A DNA stretch of 64,000 nucleotides from the human T2T-CHM13v2.0 reference genome, Homo sapiens: NCBI RefSeq assembly GCF_009914755.1, contig NC_060928.1; one strand, written 5' to 3'. Positions within the stretch are counted from its first letter, which is position 1. The number at the start of each line of letters is the position of its first letter. Shown piece by piece: positions 1-12,680 of this stretch. The notes under the pieces were generated by a model. That model was not told the DNA's origin. It did not search any database and worked only from the letters and a program-made list of their open reading frames with translations. The position numbers and the translations under genes are program-made.

Positions 1-1979
1 TTTAAACTTATTGTCCACTGAAATTAAGAAAGGAAAAAAAATCAGAAGTTTGTACTTAGCTGGGAATCTGCATCTTTAGAGTTCAAAACTGTGCAATTTT
101 TCCTCTGATTAGGTATTATTATGTTGAACTCCAAAGGGTCATTTACATTCCTTTATAACACTGGAGCTCTGGTGTATCGAATTGTGTTATGAGATAAGCC
201 ACTAGCAGGGACTTGAACATTCCATTTTCTTTAGATTTTGTTGTATCAGCATGTGAATATGCTGAATACAACTTGTATCCTAAAGCATACAAGCTATAAC
301 ATTTTCACGTTGGACTCAAATTTCTTCATCATCTGTATTGTATGAATTTTGTATACTGTTTTGTTGGTGGATTTCTAACATAAGATTGCCAGTTCCTGCT
401 AGCTTTTTAAAAAGATCCTCAGGTTGCTGTAGCTGGATGATCACATGTCATTTAATTTCCGATCCTTAAAATGGAGTGCGGGCTACCTAAGTTTGCAGGC
501 TGTCTTTTTATGATCCTGTGTTTATGGAATTGCCCTGAAGCCATGGAATGTGAGGATGGGTTTCATTGTAGCAGTGTGGGTTTGTTGGTTTTTGCCAGTA
601 TATTTTATAACAAGAAATAGGAGACTTGTTGGATAATTCAAGGCTATATTTTGGCCAGTTGATAAAGATTATATATTTGTGAGTAACATCTTTTAAGTTG
701 TTATATCCTAAAGTTGAAATACTCTGCTGTGTGTTACTTTCTCATTATGTTTGGGCTCTTTTCTTCACTGTCAATATTTGGATTACCTGAAGATGATATC
801 CCAATTCTCTGTAAACACATTTTAGATGTTTCTTTAAGAGATAAGAATTAGGTCAAACTTTTTAACATCTAAATAACAATGACTTTGATTCTCAAGAGTT
901 AGGGGAGGATAAATTGTTATAAGCTTGGACAAAATTCTAATTGGATTTGAAAAGCAGAAGAAACTTACTATTGCTTGGATTATGGAGCCCTGTTTGGGAG
1001 TCTAACACAGAACAGAGAAGGACAGAATTGTGAAACACTTTGCTATGAATTCATTGATTCAGTAGTTATAGTAATACTTCCTAGAAGCCACTGAAGAAGA
1101 TACAAAGTGGGGAGTACAAAGGTTGGATGGAAAAGAAATAAGCACAGTGCTATAGAACTAGACAGTGTCGTAAGACCTGTCACAAGTCAATATTCTATGA
1201 AATGACAGATTCTGATAAGTGTTTCTCAGTTTCAGTGGGTGTAAATCTTTTGTTTGTGGGGGTTGGTTTCCTTTAGGAGAAGTTAATTGAACTGATCCTC
1301 AAAGGATGAAATTTAAACACCTCAAAGTCAGCATTTCTCCGTGTTGTCCAGTGCCTAGTGAAGATGAAGACTTTTCTTGCCATTGCTTGACTCCAAGTAA
1401 AGCTGTGAATGTAGTTGAGCGATTCTCCAGACCTGCCAGCTGCAGTTTCCCTCCTACCGGAAGACAGAAAGACTTTCAGTCCTCAAGCTGAAATGAGAGA
1501 GCCATCCTACCTTGAATAAATGGGCCCATTGTTAATTTTAAGCTCTTGAGTATTTTCTTTTATATTCCCTCCAAGCTACCCTGTCATTATGCCAAGTTAG
1601 AAAATTAATTTAGTTTGTATAACTATATGATGTATATTTCACATGTGTGTTCACTCTGCTTTAAAAATATTAATTACCTTTTGTGTGAAGTTCAGAGACC
1701 TGTCTTTTCCCATGTGGCAGTTTTATATGTTTTGTGGTCACAAATGTCAGGAATCTCAATGTAATTCTGGATAAATTTTTCTGCTCTATGATTTGTAAAG
1801 AAATGAAAATCTTATATTTTTTAATTGAAAATTAGTAGTTTTAGAAAAAAACGCACTTATTTGATTTTAGTAAACGTTGGGCATTTTGAAAAGTTATTCA
1901 GAGAAATGTTACTGGTAGGCAGGACTTTTGTATCTGATGGAGGAAACCGATGTAGGGTTTGGATAAAATAAGACTAGCA

Positions 1980-2150
1980 GGCTGGGCACAGTGGCTCACT
2001 CCTGTAGTCTCAGCATTTTGGGAGGACAAGGTGGGAGGATCACTTGATACCAAGAGTTCAAGGTTACAGTGGGCTGTAGTCATGCCACTGTACTCCAGTC
2101 TGTGCCACAGAACCAGACCCTGTCTCAAAAAAAAAAAAGAAAAAAAAAAA
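1980..2150 (+). mobile_element. Alu monomer (FAM/FRAM-like) with poly(A) tail
   Basis: GGCTGGGCACAGTGGCTCAC start runs directly into right-arm end CCACTGTACTCCAGTCTG...CCCTGTCTC, then A-tail. Confidence 0.9.
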
Positions 2151-3404
2151 GGTAAGAATAGCACTTTAGACCTTGGGAAAGAACGTTTTCATGTAACTAT
2201 TCATCTACTCGTGAGTTAGGTATATCTACCTACTTAAACTAAGAATAGATAGATAATAGATAATGTACAGCTGTATATTGGAATGACTTGGATTTAAATC
2301 TTAGCTGGAAAATCAGTTCATTAATTTGAGCTTCTGATTTTCTTTGATGTATGGGAAATGCTTTATAAATTAAAAAGTATACAGGTAGATTTGATTATTA
2401 TTAATAATTTGGAGCCTGTGAGCTTTCAATTTTTTTTAGAACTTCTGAGGCAAAGAGCTTTTCTTTATGATAGTTGCTAGTCACACTACATGTGAATACA
2501 CAGTTGAACAGTGGTCTTTGTCTATGACATCCTGTTAGCAGTAGTTCTTACCCAGATTCCCATATACCACAGGACCAGTTATATCTTTTTCCCCCAGTTA
2601 CAACTGTATTGAGGACAAATCAGTTATGATTTAGTTATTTCTAGAAGCAAACGTTGCTTTAGACAAAAAAGGAGTTATTTAGCATCGTATGAGAGAGAAT
2701 TATGTTTCAACTTTGGCAGATGAGACTCTAGGCCTTTATTTCAGTATCTGAGATGCAAAAAATATTGAGTACGTGACATAAAATTTGACAAAACTAGATA
2801 TTAGCATGTGAAATAACAATATGTGGATCTGTTTGCAAATAAATGACCTAATGGAAATGAAAAGAGAAAACATTAAGTAACTAAAGAGCAGTGACCATGG
2901 TGTCTACTGATTCTTTAGGTATTCTATGTGTTGGGCCACTATATAGTCTTGTTGAGAAGGCAGGTTTGGTTCCTTAATTAACAGAGAGGGAAAAATCACT
3001 TTTCTAGCGTACTTTGTTTTTATTAAGAGGTTTTTTTTTTAAAGGTAATAAACTAAGAATGGACAAAGCAGAGAATATTGAATGAGTATCCCCTTATTCC
3101 TTCACCTTTCTTATTTTTTTGTTTCCTGTTTAAGTATAGTTATCTACCCTTCTGTAAATACTCAGATTTCTTTTATAGCTGATGTTGTCACCCATTTTTT
3201 ATGACAATTACTAGAACAGAGTTCACCAACCTTGTTGGCATTTAGTAACTGGACTCCCAACTGGGCTAAGCAGTTGTAGTAAATGTCCCTAATAGGCGTA
3301 AATAGAGGAGAGTAAAATGAACTGGAAATGTTAATAGGAGGGAATGAGAAAGAAAAAGTTAGATGAGAGAAAAAAATAAAGAGGACTTTTTAAAAGGCTG
3401 CAGC

Positions 3405-3668
3405 GTGTCACCCAGGCGGGAGTGCAGTGGCGCGATCTCGGCTCACTGCAACCTCCACCTCCTGGGTTCAAGCAGTTCTCTGCCTCAGCCTCTTGAGTAG
3501 CTGGGATTACAAGCATTCGCCACCATGCCCAGCTAATTTTTTTGTATTTGTGGTAGAGACAGAGTTTCACCATGTTGGCCAGTCTGGTCTCGAACTCCTG
3601 ACCTTTGATCCAGCCACCTCAGCCTCCCAAAGTGCTGGGATTACAGGCGTGAGCCACTGCACCCAGCT
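3405..3668 (-). mobile_element. Alu (S-type) lacking its poly(A) tail
   Basis: TGTCACCCAGGCGGGAGTGCAGTGGCGCGATCTCGG...GAGCCACTGCACCCAGC; no T-run at the left end. Confidence 0.93.
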
Positions 3669-3689
3669 TAATTTTCTTTAGGTAAGACA

Positions 3690-4345
3690 TTCATATGGTT
3701 CAAAATTCAAAAGATACACGAGCGTATAGGGGGAAATGTCTCCTGGTGCCCTGCTGTTCATTTCCTCCTCCTGGAAGCCACCTGTGTTAGTAGTATACTT
3801 CCAGAGATAATCTATAGGTATATCTCCTCCCCACCCTCCTTTTAACACAAATAGTATGCTTAATAGAAATACTTTTTTTTTTGGCATTTTGTTCACTTAA
3901 CCCAACATCAGTAAATATATCTTCATTCTTCATTCCTTTTTTACCACTACACTGTGTTTGGATTTGTCATAATTTTTTAAATCAGTTCCTATTGATAGAC
4001 AATTAGATTTTTTTCTAGTCTTATGCTTTTACTGACACTGCAGTGTAAGTTTTGCCCATATATGTATATATATATGTGTAGACATTTAAATTTTTTCTAG
4101 TCTTTTGCTTTTACTGACATTGAATTTAAGTTTTGCCTATATATGTGTATATGTTTGTATATTTGTATATTTGTCACATAAATTCCTAGAAATGGAATTG
4201 ATGAGTCAGAGGGTGTATGCATTTGTAATTTTGACTGATATTGCCGTCTTTATAGAGACACTCCTGCTCATAATATGAGGATGCCTATTTCCCCATACCT
4301 ATGCTAGCCTAAGTTTCAACAGACCTTGATCATTTCCAATCAGAT
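3690..4345 (-). mobile_element. Old, degraded L1 (L1ME-like) 3' fragment
   Basis: Phrases typical of antisense old L1, e.g. ATAAATTCCTAGAAATGGAATTGATGAGTCAGAGGGTGTATGCATTTGTAATTTTGA. Confidence 0.55.
3996..4160. repeat. Diverged tandem duplication, period ~83 bp, two copies
   Basis: TAGACAATTAGATTTTTTTCTAGTCTTATGCTTTTACTGACACTG at 3996 recurs as TAGACATTTAAATTTTTTCTAGTCTTTTGCTTTTACTGACATTG at 4079. Confidence 0.85.
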
Positions 4346-4739
4346 GGGCCAGTTTCCACCTGTCTTCTTTTTACAGGGCTCAGTCACAAGTATTTTACAA
4401 AGGATTTTCTGTGTTTTCAAGTGGTTTGTTTTCCATTTTGCAAGATAATCTAGGAAATAAAAACATGCTGCTCTTCTTTAAATGATACCATTAATTTCTT
4501 AAAGATGCCATTTTCTGAATTCTTTCGTCCAGAGCTTTTGTTAGTAATTATCTCCATCATTTGTTTCCCATTTCTAAACTAACTTCCTCTCTATCTTAAC
4601 CTATTACTCCCAGTTACATGGCAAAAGATTTTGTGTTTTTGGCATAGTGCCCTGTCATAGACTTTTTGGAAAATTAAGCAAATCACATTTAATAGATTCA
4701 AAGTTGTTAACTTTGGAATCTGTTCAGTAGGCTGATATA

Positions 4740-5238
4740 CAATCAACCCTTGAACAAAACAGGGTTTAGGGGCACCAACCCCCTGTGCAGTCAAAAATCC
4801 ATGTGTAACTTTTGACTCCCCCAAAACTTAGCTACTGATAGCCTACTGTTGATCAGAAGCCTTACCCATAATATAAACAATTGATTAATGCATATTTTGT
4901 ATGTTATAATATTAAATACTGTATTCTTAGAATAAAATAAGCTAGAGAAAACATTTAAAAATAAGGAAGAGAAAATATATTTACTGTTCATTAAGTGGAA
5001 GGGAGTCATCATAAAGGACTTCATTCTTGTCATCTTCACTTTGAGTAGGCTGAGAAAGAGGAGGAAGAGGAAGGGTTGGTCTTGCTGTCTCAGGGTGTGC
5101 CAGGTAGGTTAGGTGGAGGTGGAAGGGAAGCAGGAGAAAGCAGGAGAGTTGGGCACACTTGGTGTAACTTTTATTGAAAAAAATCTGTCTGTAAGTAGAC
5201 CCGTGCAGTTCAAACCTGTGTTGTTCAAGGGTCAACTG
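4740..5238 (-). mobile_element. Tigger2-derived MITE (Tigger2a/MER28-like; TcMar-Tigger)
   Basis: Terminal inverted repeats CAATCAACCCTTGAACAAAAC and GTGTTGTTCAAGGGTCAACTG, TA on both sides; interior matches recalled Tigger2a consensus. Confidence 0.88.
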
Positions 5239-6769
5239 TATGTGTGGTTTTGAATTCTAGTCTTTAGCTCCTTTTAAATGATGTGACAAGGAGACTGACC
5301 ATTATGAGGTGTTCACTATGGTCCGAGGAATGGCAAATTTCACCCTTATGAGACTCAGTGTGTTTTTATTATCAACCTTTATTAGCTAATGGAAGTTAAC
5401 TGAAATCAGGTAGGTTTATAGAGTGTTCTGTAGCATAGTGAGTCAGGCATTGTGAAGGTATACTAATGTGTGGCACAAGGTAGTTACTCATTTTAGCCTA
5501 GTGTGAGCAGCAGAGTGTATGTGTTGGTAACTATAGTAACAAAAAGAGTAAGGATGCCAGGGATATTTATATTTTTTTGTAGTAAAGATGAGGAAAGGAG
5601 GAATTTCTCTTTAGTGTGTTGCTGTAAATGTTAAATATGATGAGAAGAGTTTTGAATTAGAGAAGAATTTGCAACACTTGTTATTTGGATTCTGTGAATT
5701 GTTAAACATTTTTTTCCCCAAGGTCCAGAGATTGATTTAACAATGGCCACTGTACTTCATGATAATTGTCCTGGCTAAATTTTAATTGAAGAAAAGAGAA
5801 AGTAGTTACGGTAATGACATTAACAATTTAATGCTGTTTACCATTGATTGGATCAGGGATTTAAGTGTTGTGATTCAGTTCCATTGAGATCTAATTAACA
5901 GCCCAGTATTTTTCAAATGATTTCTGGGATATTAACTTTTGGAAGTGGTAGAATTAAGAGATTTAGTAAGGCTGTATAACACTAGCCAGAGCAGACTATG
6001 TTCTGAAAGTATGTTTGTTCTGAAAGTATTTTTCTTCTGAGAAAACGTTACCGGAGGACAGATGTCCTTTAGAAAACAAATGTTTTGTCCCTTAACTAGG
6101 ACCCCTTAGAAATGTTCTGGAGAAAGAAATTATATCTAGCTAGCTAGCTATCGTGTTACACATATAATTTCCATGATTTTGGTCATTCCTTTGAAGTATC
6201 TTTATGCTACTCACTTGCAAATATCCTACAAATGGTTGTTTTGATCTTTTTAGGGTAGACGTTTCTGTTTTGTTTAAATGTACCTCTGTCTATTCTGGAA
6301 GATTCTGGTTATTTGGTGTCCAGTTCTCTGAGTGATTCTTTGCTATTTTAGCAGACAAAAGTATTTCCAAAATTCATCAATGGCTTATTCTCCTTCAGGC
6401 TGGTTCCTTATCCTCAGGCTAGCATCTTGACTAGGCAATAATTTTAGAAACTTATATTTAATATATTACTGCCTTATTTAAGAACTGTATGAGCTTCCCA
6501 TTATCTTTTGAATTATTACTTAATTTCTCTGGTTGGTTTTCAAGTTGCATATAAATGGGCCCGTTTAATATAACTTGAGTTTATAGTCCAAAATGCCAAT
6601 TTTGAACCCTGAAGTTCTTAGTCTTTTTATTCTTTTTGCATACTACTTTTGTTTATTCTTATCATCCCTAAAGCCCTATCTCTTCCTCTAGGAACATTCA
6701 TGTATCCTTTGCTCTCTGAAATGTTTGACTATTCCAGTTCAATTCGGTCTCCTTTCTTTCCTGTATTAA

Positions 6770-7335
6770 ATAATAATGATAATAATGAAAATATGCTAAC
6801 GTTTATTGATCCCTTGTTACTGTTTGGGTCCTGTTCTAGATGTTTTGTACATGTTCGATTATTTAATTCTCATAACAGCCCCATGGGGAAGTGTGATTTT
6901 ATTTTATTTTAGTTTTATTTTTTTGAGATGGAGTCTCGCTCTGTCACCCAGGCTGTAGTGCAGTGGCATGATCTCGGCTCACTATAACCTCCACGTCCTG
7001 GGTTCAAGCGGTTCTCCTGCCTCAGCTTCCTGAGTAGCTGGGACTACAGGCCTGTGCCACCACACCTGGCTAATTTTTGTATTTTTCTTTTTTTTCAGTA
7101 GAGACGGGGTTTCACCATGTTGGCTAGGCTGGTCTCAAACCCCTGACTCCCGCCTCAGCTTATCAAAGTGCTGGGATTACAGGCATGAGCCACCTTGCCC
7201 AGCCAGGAAGTACAATTTTAAATCTCTGATTTAGAGATGAAGAAACTGAGGGGCAGAGAGGTTAAGTAACATGCCCAAAGTTACACAGCTGATAATTGGT
7301 TAGGCTCAGGATTTGAAACCAGCCAAACTGAGTAG
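6770..7335 (-). mobile_element. MIR, interrupted by an Alu
   Basis: GCTAACGTTTATTGA...ATTTAATTCTCATAACAGCCCCATG, resuming AGATGAAGAAACTGAGG...GAGGTTAAGTAACATGCCCAAAGTTACACAGCT. Confidence 0.75.
6897..7204 (-). mobile_element. Alu (S-type)
   Basis: T-rich tail then GAGATGGAGTCTCGCTCTGTCACCCAGG...; flanks GGAAGTGTGATTTT / GGAAGTACAATTTT resemble a decayed TSD. Confidence 0.95.
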
Positions 7336-7408
7336 TAATAATGTGTTTACCTGTTATGCTCTTATTTCCGAGGAATAGATGACAGTTCTCACTAGAGATA
7401 GCCAAATT

Positions 7409-7456
7409 TGTGTGTTTGTGTATGTGTGTGTATGTGTGTGTATGTGTGTGTGTGTC
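7409..7456. repeat. Imperfect (TG)n microsatellite
   Basis: TGTGTGTTTGTGTATGTGTGTGTATGTGTGTGTATGTGTGTGTGTGTC. Confidence 0.9.
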
Positions 7457-7458
7457 TG

Positions 7459-7773
7459 TTTCTTTTTTTTTTCCCCTTTGTTTTTGAGACAGGGTCTTGC
7501 TCTGTGGCATGGGCTGGAGTGCAGTGGCACTGTCACAGCTCACTACATCCTTGACCTTCTGGGTTCAAGTGATCCTCCTACCTCTACCTCAGCCTCCCAA
7601 GCAGCTGGGACTGCAGGTGCATGCCACCATGCCTGGCTAATTCTTTAATTTTCTGTAGAAACAGGGTCTCATTATGTTGCCCAGGCTGATCTGTAACTCC
7701 TGACCTCATGTGATCCTCCCATCTCAGCCTCCCAAACTGTTGGTATTATAGGCCTGAGCCACTGGGCCAGGTC
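7459..7773 (-). mobile_element. Alu (J-type)
   Basis: GAGACAGGGTCTTGCTCTGT...CACAGCTCACT...GATCCTCC J-like diagnostics. Confidence 0.93.
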
Positions 7774-7862
7774 TGTGTGTTTCTTAACCAGAGAATAGAT
7801 CCTAGAGAATCAAAAACTTGTATGTATGGGAGTAACTGAGATTATTAACAAAAAAATATATA

Positions 7863-8055
7863 ACTGGTTTCCAGACTGACTAGTAGTCAGAATCATCAGT
7901 GAGACTTTGAAAGTGTGGATCCAAGGACTTTGACACAGACTTTGAATTTAGGATATTTAGGGATTCATTAGATTCCACATTTTTAACATGCTTTCTAGAT
8001 GTTTCACCTGCACCAGTTGGGTTCCATTTTGTATACTTATGTTTGGGAACCATAT
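7863..8055. mobile_element. MER5-type hAT-Charlie MITE, degraded
   Basis: CAGAATCATC...CATTTTTAACATGCTTTCTAGATG...GTTTGGGAACCA, resembles MER5. Confidence 0.45.
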
Positions 8056-8820
8056 GTAGCTTTGCTTTTGTAAAAACAAAAAAAAAATTTTATTATAGAG
8101 CTTTTGTTACTTAGATCATTTCAGCAAAAATGTTAAGGGTAAGTTACTTGGAATTTGAACTGGAGTTGACTAAATAATGTGACAGATCTGCTTTTCTCTA
8201 ACTGCCAGCCTCTTCCTGATTTTTCAGAGTTCAGTCACCATAGGTCAAGTCTTTTATAGAAGTAAATGGCAGTTTTAATAATATATGATGTCAGGTATTA
8301 GTTACGTTTATGATGCTGTAAACACCTTTATGACAAATGAAAGATTTGGAGGACTTTGAAATTGGCATGCTATTTATAATATTTTAATGCTTTAACAGTT
8401 AATACGGAATGTTAGATTTACCAGAGACTTACAGAGAAATCCTTGGCTATACTAGGTTTTGTTTTACACCTCATGATAAAGTGGTTTCATTAAAGTTAAA
8501 ACAAACAAGTTACAGTCTTTTAAGGCCATGGCCAGAGAGATCAATTCAAATATTTGGACTCCATGTTAGATTTCACAGCAGTACAGTTTAAGTATAATGA
8601 ATAGTTCATGTATTTTGTTAGATCATGAGCCTCTCTTATCACTCAAGAAAACCCCCGAGTCTTATTTATTCAAGATTACTTTAGAATTCCCAGTACATGT
8701 TCAGTAACTATTAATGATCACAGTGGTAATAGAGAACGAATGGGAAGCTGGGTTGCCATTGCAATCAAGTTTCTTCTAGATTTGTTAATGTACCTGATTG
8801 ATAGAATTAACTGAGGAAAG

Positions 8821-9117
8821 TTTTTTTTTTTTTTTTTTGAGACGGAGTCTCGCTCTGTTGCCCAGGCTGGAGTGTGGCGGCATAATCTCAGCTCACTGCA
8901 ACCTCCGCCTCCCGGCTTCAAGCAATTCTGTGCCTCAGCCTCCTGAGTAGCTGGGATTACAGGCACCCACCACCATGCCTGGCTAATTTTTGTATTCTTA
9001 GTAGAGACAGGGTTTCATCATTTTGGCCAGGCTGGTCTTGAACTCCTGACCTCGTGATCCACCCGCCTCAGCCTCCCAAAGTGCTGGGATTACAGACATG
9101 AGCCACCGTGCCTGGCC
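8821..9117 (-). mobile_element. Alu (S-type), full length
   Basis: Poly-T, GAGACGGAGTCTCGCTCTGTTGCCCAGG...GAGCCACCGTGCCTGGCC. Confidence 0.96.
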
Positions 9118-9667
9118 TAATGAGACATTTTAATGAAACATTTTGGTTTTCCTTGTTTTCAATCCTAATCAGGATTTAAGTTTCTAGGAAGTATCCTAGA
9201 GGTTACATTATATGATAGACCCTTACTTCCCAAGGTGGTCTTCCCATGTGTCAGCCAGGATTTGTTTTTTGTCTTTCCGACCCAACAGTTCTACTTCTTT
9301 TCTTTAGTGCCCTGCACAACAAACATGCATGTTTGCACATTACAGCCTTTCAAACAGGGGAATGAGTTATATTTCCCTTTGAGTCTTGTGGATATTCTGT
9401 AAGAAGCCATTTCTTCAAATGTTTCTCTCATGACAGCTTCCCTATCTTCACATCCCTTAGCATTTACCTTTAAAAGTAGTTTAGGTTTTAATTGTCTCTT
9501 TAAGTCAACTCCTAGAACTGAACCTAATACCTCAGATATGTTAAGACCAATGCAAAGTTTTAATTATGAAGTAAGGAAACTGATTTTTGTATGACTTGAT
9601 GGTGGGATTTAGAAGCTGTTCTGAGCAATGAGCTTGATGGAACTTTCACTTTTTTCCCTCTATGCAC

Positions 9668-9936
9668 TTTTTTTTTTGGGATGGGGTCTTGCTCTGTCAC
9701 TCAGGTGGAGTGCAGTGGCACAATCAGAGCTCCATGCAGCCTTGAACTCCTGGTCTCAAGCGATCCTCCTGCCTTAGCCTCCCAAGTAGCTGGAACTGCA
9801 GGTGTGCGCCACTGTGCCCAGCTAATGTTTTACATTTTTTGTAGAGATGAGCTCTTGCTTTGTTGCCCAGGCAGGTCTCAAACATGTGGGCTCAAGTGAT
9901 CCTCTGGGATTACAAGAATGAGCCACGGTGCCTGGC
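9668..9936 (-). mobile_element. Alu (J-type) with internal deletion
   Basis: Alu body; TSD TCTATGCACTTTT / TCTGTGCACTTTT. Confidence 0.93.
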
Positions 9937-10614
9937 ATCTGTGCACTTTTGTACTGCTTGAAATTTTTACAATTTCTATGTCTTCTGTTTAAGAGAAGAC
10001 ATAAAAAGGAAAGAAAACTAAACCTAGTCTGTGCTCTGTCCATGTGCATATTTAGGCTTGTCTGGACATAATATGGAGATTAGGAGAGCCTAAGAGAAGC
10101 AGATGTTTTTGTTTGTTTTGTTTTTAGGTGCATATGTCTGTGGTGTGTGTTTGGATGAGAAATCAAAGACTCATGAGAATAAATTTAGGAAAAACATAAT
10201 TGAGGTGTAGTCAAACTTAGTCCTTGTCGATTTTATTGTTACTACTTACTATCTTTTAGGAGAAGTGGGTAAATTCTCAGTATGGCAGGTTATGTCCTGT
10301 TGGTATGGTTTTCTGAATGACACATGTCAGAGCCATAAGAAGAGGTGTTAGTCAACACATATTTATTGATCTCTTACCATGTTCTGGGCCTTGGATATAG
10401 AGTGTGCTTTTCCATTTTCTGACAAAGGCCACATGGCACATGATATGAAATGTAGGAAGGAGATTGGACATAGGAGAGGACATAAATGTCATCAGATCTA
10501 GGAAAGGAAAAGATGAGCGTTGATCACATAGCCTGTGTCAGGGTTGCAGGGAACTTCTAGACTAGGATTTATAGAACCCATGGGGCAGACACAAAAGTAG
10601 TAGTGGCAGACAGA

Positions 10615-11140
10615 ATCATTTATTCTGTATCTTTATTGAGTGCCAGCTATGTGCTCTGTACTGTTGTATGCACTGAAAATACAGTGATAAACAAAACAAA
10701 GTTATGTACCTTATAGTCTAGTAAGGGGGAATGGTAACTCACACACAAAAAAAACAAAAAACATAAGCAATGTAATTTAATAAGGTGATGTGCCAGAGAG
10801 TAACTGGAGGAAAGGGATGGGTGTTTAGGGGTAAGAGTTTCATTTTTAGATTGGACAGTCAATACAGGCCCTCTGAGGAGGCAGCATTGACCTAAGAATG
10901 AGAACTAATCACGTGAAGAGCTGGGAAAACACATTGCAGGCACAGAGATTAGCAAGTGCAGGGGCCTTGAGACAGGAAAGAGCTGAATGTGTTTAAGAAA
11001 TAGAAAGAAGGCTAGTGTGGCAGGAATGCTGTGAGCAAGGAGGAAAGTGGAGTGAGAATAGGGAGTATGTCCAGTGCCAGGGTGAGAGATAAAGAGGTTC
11101 CTGGTAATGAGGAGGATAACATTGGAGGCCATGGTAGGAC
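10615..11140 (-). mobile_element. L2 3' fragment
   Basis: TTTATTGAGTGCCAGCTATGTGC...AATACAGTGATAAACAAAACAAAG...GGCCCTCTGAGGAGG...AAGAAGGCTAGTGTGGC, typical antisense L2. Confidence 0.8.
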
Positions 11141-11460
11141 AACTCCTGGGGATTTTAGATGGATTTTGATTCCTCTGGATTAGAGCTGAGCTAGAGAGAG
11201 TGGGTTACTATTATGGTGATCTGACCATATCTCCAGGCTGGTATGTTTCATAAATTGCTTTTGATAGAAATTCCAGGGCAAGAATTTAAAATTTTTTTTG
11301 AGCAAAGGAATAACTGTATAGCCTTCTGAGGTGACTATTTGGAAGTGAAACACTCATTTAAATATATGTTTGTCTTGAAAATTTTTAGTTATAGTTCTAA
11401 CACATACATGATTTTTTTTCATTATTTGCACACTGATTATATTTTTCCTATTTTGCATTC

Positions 11461-11769
11461 TTTTAATTTTTTTTTTTTTTTTTTTTTTTGAGACAGAGTC
11501 TCACTCTGTCGCCCAGGCTGGAGTGCAGTGGCGTGATCTCGACTCACTGCAACCTCCGCCTCTCGGGTTTAAGTAATTGTCCTGCCTAAGCCTCCCCAGT
11601 AGCCGGGAGTACAGGCACATGCCACCACACCCGGCTAATTTTTTGTATTTTTAGTAGAGAGGTTTTCACCATGTTAGCCAGTATGGTCTTGATCTCCTGA
11701 CCTCGTGATCCGCCTAGCTCGGCCTCCCAAAGTGCTGGGATTACATGCATGAGCCACTGTGCCTGGCCT
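11461..11769 (-). mobile_element. Alu (S-type), full length
   Basis: Long poly-T, GAGACAGAGTCTCACTCTGTCGCCCAGG...CCTGGCC. Confidence 0.96.
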
Positions 11770-12317
11770 AAATTTTGTTATTTTTTATTGTTAGATGTAG
11801 CTTGTCTCCCAGATGGCTTCTGTTTTCCTTTCCTTGTGATGTTACGACCTTTTCTACTTTAATAAAGAAATGTTGCATACACATTCAGGAGTTGTTTACA
11901 AATTATGCTGGTAACACATTTATTAGAATTTGCCTCAAAGACAAAGTGAGTGTTAGGATGTTTATTCTAGGTCAGATCTGTTGAGCTGAAAAAATTTTTA
12001 CAGTATATCTATTTTTAAAAAGAATATTTTAGCCAATTGGTTGGCTAATATACCCAATGCCAAGAGTTACATTTTATGACCCTTTTATTATTTCTAGTGG
12101 AGGGTGTGTATAAGTTTTAATATGTTTTTCATTTCTGAACTTTCAGAGAGATCACTTGATTAGAGTTAATGTCTAGTTTCAGTAAATTCAGATTTTCAGC
12201 CTTCAACATTGTAATTGACAAAAATGTCATCAGTATCATATAGCTCTAGGTCCTCAGTAGTAGATAATAATGTCTACATTATGAAGTAGTAAATTATGTA
12301 ACTTCATACTTCATATT

Positions 12318-12680
12318 TGTATTGGTCTGTTCTCACACTGCTAATAACATATCCAAGAGTGGGTAATTTATAAAGGAAAGAGGTTTTTTAATTGACTCAC
12401 AGTTCCACATGGCTGGGGAGGCCTCATAATCATGGTGGAAGCGAAGGAGGAGCAAAGTCACATCTTACATGGCGACAGTCAAGAGAAGAGATCATGTGCA
12501 GGGGAACTCCCCTTTATAAACCCATCAGGTTTCGTGAGACTTTTTCACTATCATGAGAGCAGCATGGCAAAGACCCGCCCCCATCATTCAGTTACCTCCC
12601 ACCAGGTCCCTCCCATGACATGTGGGAATTATGGGAGCTACAATTTGAGATTTGGGTGGGAACACAGCCAAACCATATCA
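12318..12680 (-). mobile_element. THE1 (THE1C-like) MaLR solo LTR
   Basis: TGTATTGGTCTGTTCTCACACTGCTAAT...GGAACACAGCCAAACCATATCA; TG...CA ends; perfect 5-bp TSD ATATT at 12313-12317 and 12681-12685. Confidence 0.92.
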
